A stretch of 64,000 nt of DNA, from NCBI GenBank assembly GCA_964016885.1, contig OZ024751.1, forward strand, positions 10,788,001 through 10,852,000. The letters are read 5' to 3'. This document shows, piece by piece, positions 57,985-64,000 of this stretch. Made by a program: the position numbers and the translations under genes. The notes beneath the pieces are model-generated. The model made no database searches. It saw only the letters and a list, made by a program, of their open reading frames with translations, and was not told the origin of the DNA. Within the stretch, counting starts at the first letter, position 1, and the number at the start of each line of letters is the position of its first letter. The DNA is from Eledone cirrhosa (taxonomy: Eukaryota).

Positions 57985-58315
57985 TTTTTTTTAGATGTAT
58001 GTGTATATATATATTAATATATATATCTCTATAAGTGTGTGTGTATGAATGTGTTTCTATGTGTATATATATATTTATAAGTGTGTGTGTATGAATGTGT
58101 ATATATATATTAATATATATATTTATAAGTGTGTGTATATGAATATGTATATATATATATATTAATATATATATTTATAAGTGTGTGTGTATGAATGTAT
58201 ATATATATATATACATATATTAATATATATATTTATAAGTGTGTGTGTATGAATGTGTTTCTATGTGTATATATATATATATATATATATTTATAAGTGT
58301 GTGTGTATGAATGTG

Positions 58316-58416
<101 letters not shown>

Positions 58417-59091
58417 ATAATATGTACATGTATGTATATCTATCTGTTTTTAATTATTTGAATTCCTCTGATATAATAGAACGTGGCTCCTCGCGGAGTT
58501 CCATGCCTGGAATTCCAACAACAACAATTGGAAATTCTTTCAAAATTTGGTCATTACGAATGTCTTACATATTCTCATGTAGATACCCTAAAAAACCCCG
58601 AAACACCGCCCCCCCCCCCCCCAAAAAAAAAACCCCACCAGATACTTTCGTCTGTTCATATCACCATGAAACGTAGGCTATTTATGTATTTCAACATTTT
58701 TTTCTTGATATTATGTGACAATCTGTGAAAATAATTATTCTTTTAAATGTTGGACATTAGAAATGTTTTTTTTTTTAAAATATTTTCATGTAAATACCTG
58801 AACACCCGACCCCCACCCACGCAAAAAAACCGTGAAAGGGCAACCAGTAAAAAAGAAATATGCATGATATTTTCACCTGTACATAATTCCTATTTTGTGT
58901 ATTTAAATTTTTGTTAATAGGCCTCATGTAATAATTCTTCTAAGGGACTATCGAATAACATGGTTGATTTGGTAGTTCTAAGTTGAAATCCCTTGTAGTT
59001 CACTTTGCATTTCATAATTCCTGAGTAAAAAAATGTGTATGTTTATACAGCTATATATCTATATCTATAATTACAGGTATTATCATGCAAG

Positions 59092-59152
<61 letters not shown>

Positions 59153-59165
59153 CCACAAACACACA

Positions 59166-59209
<44 letters not shown>

Positions 59210-59454
59210 AATAAAGATTCAGCGAGAATCGCATTTTCGGCGGTCAGGAAAAAGCGAAGCGAAACGCAAAAGATCAGAAATGATACTGGCAAAGTGCTCA
59301 ATAGTTAAAAACCAGAGCTAAACAATGTGTTAAGAAGCCATACAAAACTGAAAAGGTGGTCAAGAAGGCATTATATACCAGTAATACACTGGTTAATTGC
59401 TGGTCTTGTGCCAAAAGTAGAAACAATTATATATATATATATATATACACACAC

Positions 59455-59664
59455 GGTGTTAGCAATGAAATCATATCCGCTCTCTTGCTCTGGAACCCTG
59501 ACTCCAGCCTGACTAGGAGTAGGAAGCTGTCATTTCCTGACGTTATCTCTAGGGATACGGGATTCAGTAGACAGGACCTGGGGGAAGCGATGGGGGACAG
59601 GGAATTCTGGGGCACGAGAGTGAGATCCGTCATCTCGACAGTAGTCGACGAATGATGATGATGA
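59455..59664 (+). mobile_element. 5'-truncated RTE-type LINE 3' end with a (TGA)n tail
   Basis: Translation IISALLLWNP...RKLSFPDVISRDTG...AMGDREFW then stop and TGATGATGAT. Confidence 0.7.
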
Positions 59665-59741
59665 TATACACACCCCACACATATGAATACATATAGTTAT
59701 ATATCAACACGCACGCACGCACGCACGCAGAGAGAGAGAAA

Positions 59742-60062
59742 TATATTTATTAAAATAACAGATTAAAGTTTAAGCAAAGAATCGCTGCTTTCACCCTTAA
59801 CGGGATCTTCAGAAGATCCCGGTAAGGATAAAAGCAGCGATTCTTTGTTTAAAATTTAATGTTATTTTAATAAATATTTGCTCTACGGTTCTTATCTGAT
59901 ATATATTTATCCTTATTGAGCCCTCTTTGGATTTTAGTCTTCAAATTTATTATTATTACTATATATATATATATATATTTTAATAAATATTTGCTCTACG
60001 GTTCTTATCTGATATATATTTATCCTTATTGAGCCCTCTTTGGATTTTAGTCTTCAAATTTA
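59742..60062. mobile_element. Inverted-plus-tandem short element with a hammerhead-like core; fragments also at 256-320 and 5723-5820
   Basis: Palindrome centred on GGGATCTTCAGAAGATCCC; minus strand reads CTGAAGA-tCCC gttaa GGGt-GAAA; 3' part duplicated at 59975-60062. Confidence 0.55.
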
Positions 60063-60495
60063 TATATATATATTGCAGGAAGAAGTGTATGTAAGAAGAG
60101 AGAATAGAATGAGATAGATCTTTAAAGAGAGATAGAGAAATAGACACACAAAGATAGAGCGAGAGAAAGAAAGAGAGCGAGTGAGGGGGTTACTAATTTA
60201 ATGGGACATGAGTGTGTGACTTCGAGACAAAATGTCGGCAGAGCGGTAAAAGATAAGTCTGTAATACCGGATGCAAGTTATTCAATCAATCAACGAATAA
60301 AAAAAAACAACAAACAGTTGAATATTAAAGCGGTGAAATGAGCTACACAACTACAAACCTTTAAGTGCACACCGATCATTCTACAAATGAATATTTTGCG
60401 CTTTGCATAAAATAATAAGATAATCTAAATACAGAAAGAAAACTAAAAACCAATTCTTTCAGCCCCCTTGCTATATATATATATATATATATATA

Positions 60496-60682
60496 TAGGA
60501 ACAAGTAAGACCCCGACGGCTGAGCTCAAGCCGTTTCGACGGCTAATTCCAGAATTAGCCGTCGAAACGGCTTGAGCTCAGCCGTCGGGGTCTTACTTGT
60601 TCCTATTACCCACTCTACTACCCTAAGTATTGAGTACTTTGGTGCGTTATGGTCCACCTGGTTCCTTACCACACTTCCTTCG

Positions 60683-60685
<3 letters not shown>
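60496..60685 (+). mobile_element. Family P1 copy with a near-perfect 110-bp palindrome
   Basis: Palindrome 60496-60605 followed by the shared tail running into (TA)n. Confidence 0.75.
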
Positions 60686-60725
<40 letters not shown>

Positions 60726-60871
60726 GAGATTATATTTAATTTGTTGGGATTCAACAAGCTTAAACATTTTTTATAACTGATATAAAGCACTACCCAGGAA
60801 GGTCCAACCGTTAAGGTTGTCTTTTTATCCGGGTATGTCAAAATTTATTTATTTATTTATAAAACAAACTG

Positions 60872-60937
60872 TATTTTATCTGATGAAAGTGCACCATAAT
60901 TTGCCTTGGTTGCCCTTGAAATATGTATAATAAAATA
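60872..60937 (+). ncRNA. Type I hammerhead, same family as 25761-25826
   Basis: TATTTTAT-CTGATGA-AAG...CTT-GAAA-TATGTA-TA^ATAAAATA with the same downstream tail. A 5'-truncated copy starting near GAAA lies at 3603-3668. Confidence 0.7.
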
Positions 60938-60986
60938 AATATGGTTTTATAAATATAGTTTCCATTTATTAATATATTGTTTATAT

Positions 60987-61172
60987 GGCGGTGGATTGGC
61001 AGTATCGGTAGAGGATCGGACGCCATGCTTTGACGCATAGAGTTACGGCCCTTGCCATTCTGAGTTCAAATCCCGCCAAGGTTAACTTTGCCTTTCATCC
61101 TTACGGGGTCGATAAAATAAAGTACCAGTAATGTACTGGGTAATTGCTGGCCTTGTGCCAATAGTAGAAACA
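60987..61172 (+). mobile_element. SINE A with a 19-bp TSD
   Basis: ATTAATATATTGTTTATAT at 60968-60986 and 61173-61191. Confidence 0.9.
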
Positions 61173-61689
61173 ATTAATATATTGTTTATATATATATATA
61201 TATGTATACTCATACACACACCTATATAAATATTTGTGTGTGTATATGCATATATACATCTCTCTCTCTCTCTGTATATATATATATCGCTGTTGTCAGT
61301 TTGTCTGTAGTTGACTGGAATAATGCGAATGGATTGGTACGGAACTAAATGTTATAGAATATATGTATGTAACAAGCATAGACATAGATAGATACACATA
61401 CACACACGCACGCACGCGAGCGGTCAATATATATTCACCTATTTGAAATAGCAGCCAAATTTCGTTCAATTCACAGTTTTCTGTCTTCAAAGCCTGGAGA
61501 ACACATCAAATAATGGCATCTTAAATAATCATGGATCTTCCATCGTTTTCGAACATCCGACTCCGAATTAATATGTAACTGGCTGAGTTCTCCACAGACA
61601 CGTGTACATTTAATGCAATTTACAAGCCAAATCAGTGTATCACTATACCTTGCAAGATCGAAACTTCGAATTACAGGTGCAATTTATCT

Positions 61690-61846
61690 GATGGGCTTTC
61701 ACACAGCTTCGGTCGACCAAGTTTTACTCACAAGGTTTTGATTGACTCAAGGTTATGATAAAGACACGTTTTCGAAGCTTCCCATGCCGTGTGATTGAAC
61801 TCCCTACATCATAGTTGCAAAGCTAACTTCTTAACCACTCAGCCAT
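61690..61846 (-). mobile_element. Degenerate tRNA-type SINE, a third family
   Basis: Minus-strand head TGGCTGAGTGGTTAAGAAG...GGAGTTCAATC contains A and B boxes. Confidence 0.5.
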
Positions 61847-62097
61847 GACAACTAAATATAACAGAATAGTCGTAACAGGAACAACTTTATCTTATTTAGG
61901 TCAGCTCGATTTCAGACGACCTGGGGTTAACAATGACACTTACAACTACTACTACTACTACAACTACAACAACGACACAGCAACAACCACAACAGCAATG
62001 ACACTTGCAACAATAAAACAACAGCAATGACACAAATATAATACCAGCAATGATACAACTACAATGATAAAGACAACAACAACAACAGCAGTAATAA

Positions 62098-62534
62098 TAA
62101 TTGTTTCTACTTTTGGCACAAGGCCAGCAATTACCCAGTGCATTACTGGTACTTTATTTTATCGACCCCGTAAGGATGAAAGGCAAAGTTAACCTCGGCG
62201 GGATTTGAACTCAGATCGTAAAGGGACGTAACTATGCTGGAAAGCATGGCGTCCGACCCTCTACCGATACTGCCAATCCACCGCAGTATTGCCAATCCAA
62301 CAGTAGTAATAATAATAATTGTTTCTACTATAGGCTCAAGGCCAGCAATTTGAAGGGAAGGAGAAAGTCGATTTAATCGACCCCAGTGCATTACTGGTGC
62401 TTTATTTCATCGACCCCGTAAGGATGAAAGGCAAAGTTAACCTCGGCGGGATTTGAACTCAGAACGTAAATGGCCGTAACTCTACGCTGCAAAACATGGT
62501 GTCCGACGCTCTACCGATTCTGCCAATCCAGCAC
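62098..62534 (-). mobile_element. Two tandem SINE A copies
   Basis: 62098-62283 (short variant) and 62316-62534 (long variant). Confidence 0.85.
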
Positions 62535-63864
62535 CCTAGCAGTAATAATAATAATCATGATTTCTTTATTAACCACAGAAACATTTACAAAAATACATTA
62601 AGGTACAATAATGATAATTTTTTTATAGGCCACAAGGGGCTACATACAGGGGACACTACAATAGACAAGGACAGTGGGGGTTACAATGATAATAATAATA
62701 ATAATTATTATTGTGATAACTACAACAACAACAACAACGGCACATACAACAACAAAAATCTCAGAAACAAAGACAACAATAATAATTCATCTTGGTGATG
62801 TAAGTGGTGAAATCTTTTACTGAAGAAATTCAGAAACAAATCAAAAATGGCGGAAGAAAGAATGAAAGAAAGGAAGAAAAAAACACGAAAAAACAACAAC
62901 AACATACCATCTATTAAACATATATAAAAACATGCAACATAAAACAAAAATAAAATATGACCGTGAGAAACAACAACAATAACAACTAAAATAATATAGG
63001 AATAGATAAAATATGGCACGTTTCGTTCCAGTGAGATTCCACAGAAAGAAGTGACATTTCACATTGTGTCTCCCTCTCCACCTCTTTCTCTCTCTAACTT
63101 CTCCTCTCTCTTTCTCTCTATAACTTCTCTCTCTTTCTCTCTCTAACTTCTCCTCTCTCTTTCTCTCTAACTTCTCCTCTCTCTCACACACTGCCTGTCT
63201 CTCTCTCACACACAGTCTTTCTCCCATAATCTCTCTTTCTCATACACACTTTTTCTCTCATAATCTCTCAACCTCTCCCCCTGTCCCCCCTCCCACACAC
63301 TGTCTTTCTCTCATACTCTCTCTCCAACACTGTCTGCCTTTCTCTCATACTCTCTCTCCCACACTATCTGTCTCTGTCCCCTCTTTCTCTCTCTAACCTC
63401 CTCTCTGTCTCAACTCTCCTTTATTTCACCACCACACTTAAACCAATCTCCCTCACGTATTCTTCTTAACATTCCCCCCTTTTCTCTCAACTTCTCTTTC
63501 CCTCTGTCTCCCCAGGTTCTGTTCTCTTTCTCCCTCTATCTATCTATCTATTCATCCATCTACACATACACCACGTTCACCCTTTCACCTCTCTCACACT
63601 CTTACACAACTTTGTTCCGCCAGCCTCACCCGCCTCTCTACTTCCCACGAAATACGTAGCCTACTTCGGTACGTGTTCTGCACCCAATGACATGATTCAT
63701 TTGGCAGTGAGTGAAGAGGTCAGCCACAGTGAAATATTCCACTGTGACGGATGGTTAACATCTCGTTTAACCGAATTAGTCGACACAGTTTCCATTCTCG
63801 GCTGGAGATCTTTCGCTTAACGTCGATAAAAGCAATTAGTAAAAACGTATATGTCAAAATTGTG

Positions 63865-64000
63865 AAGCCACGTGTCTTAGTGTTTAGTGTGTTCAGCTCT
63901 CGATCGTTGAGTAGTGACTTCGATTTAAAGTGGCGTGTTGTGTCTTGAGCAAGGCACTTTACTTGACTTTGCTTCAGTCGAATCAACTGGAAAAAAATGA
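63865..64000 (+). mobile_element. SINE B-like 5' half running off the window edge
   Basis: GTGTTGTGTCTTGAGCAAGGCACTTTACTT matches the 57707 copy. Confidence 0.55.

Noticed and set aside
62843-62857. AAAATGGCGGAAG (YY1/ETS-like, or a start codon); similar motifs at 18304-18330 and an RFX-like site near 49880
   Set aside because: Isolated short motifs followed by low-complexity sequence; expected by chance.

Overview
Repeat-dominated, very AT-rich animal genomic DNA with no credible host protein-coding gene; the SINE and microsatellite landscape suggests an octopus or other cephalopod (inference). Nearly all listed ORFs are translations of (TA)n, (CA)n or (GGT)n microsatellites. The real content is mobile DNA: about 20 tRNA-type SINE copies, RTE LINE fragments (one with a twin-priming inversion), a non-autonomous Helitron, a Tc1-type MITE and minisatellites. 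The main signal is at RNA level. A 310-bp unit is repeated 4x on the minus strand and 5x on the plus strand (21271-24129). Each unit carries an intact minimal type I hammerhead ribozyme, consistent with a retrozyme array folded into a giant palindrome. Several unrelated short families sitting in (TA)n tracts also carry hammerhead cores or half-cores, and many form fold-back palindromes centred on a ribozyme stem. This is the footprint expected of Penelope-like-element machinery. All alignments and folds were done by eye, without searches or folding software.
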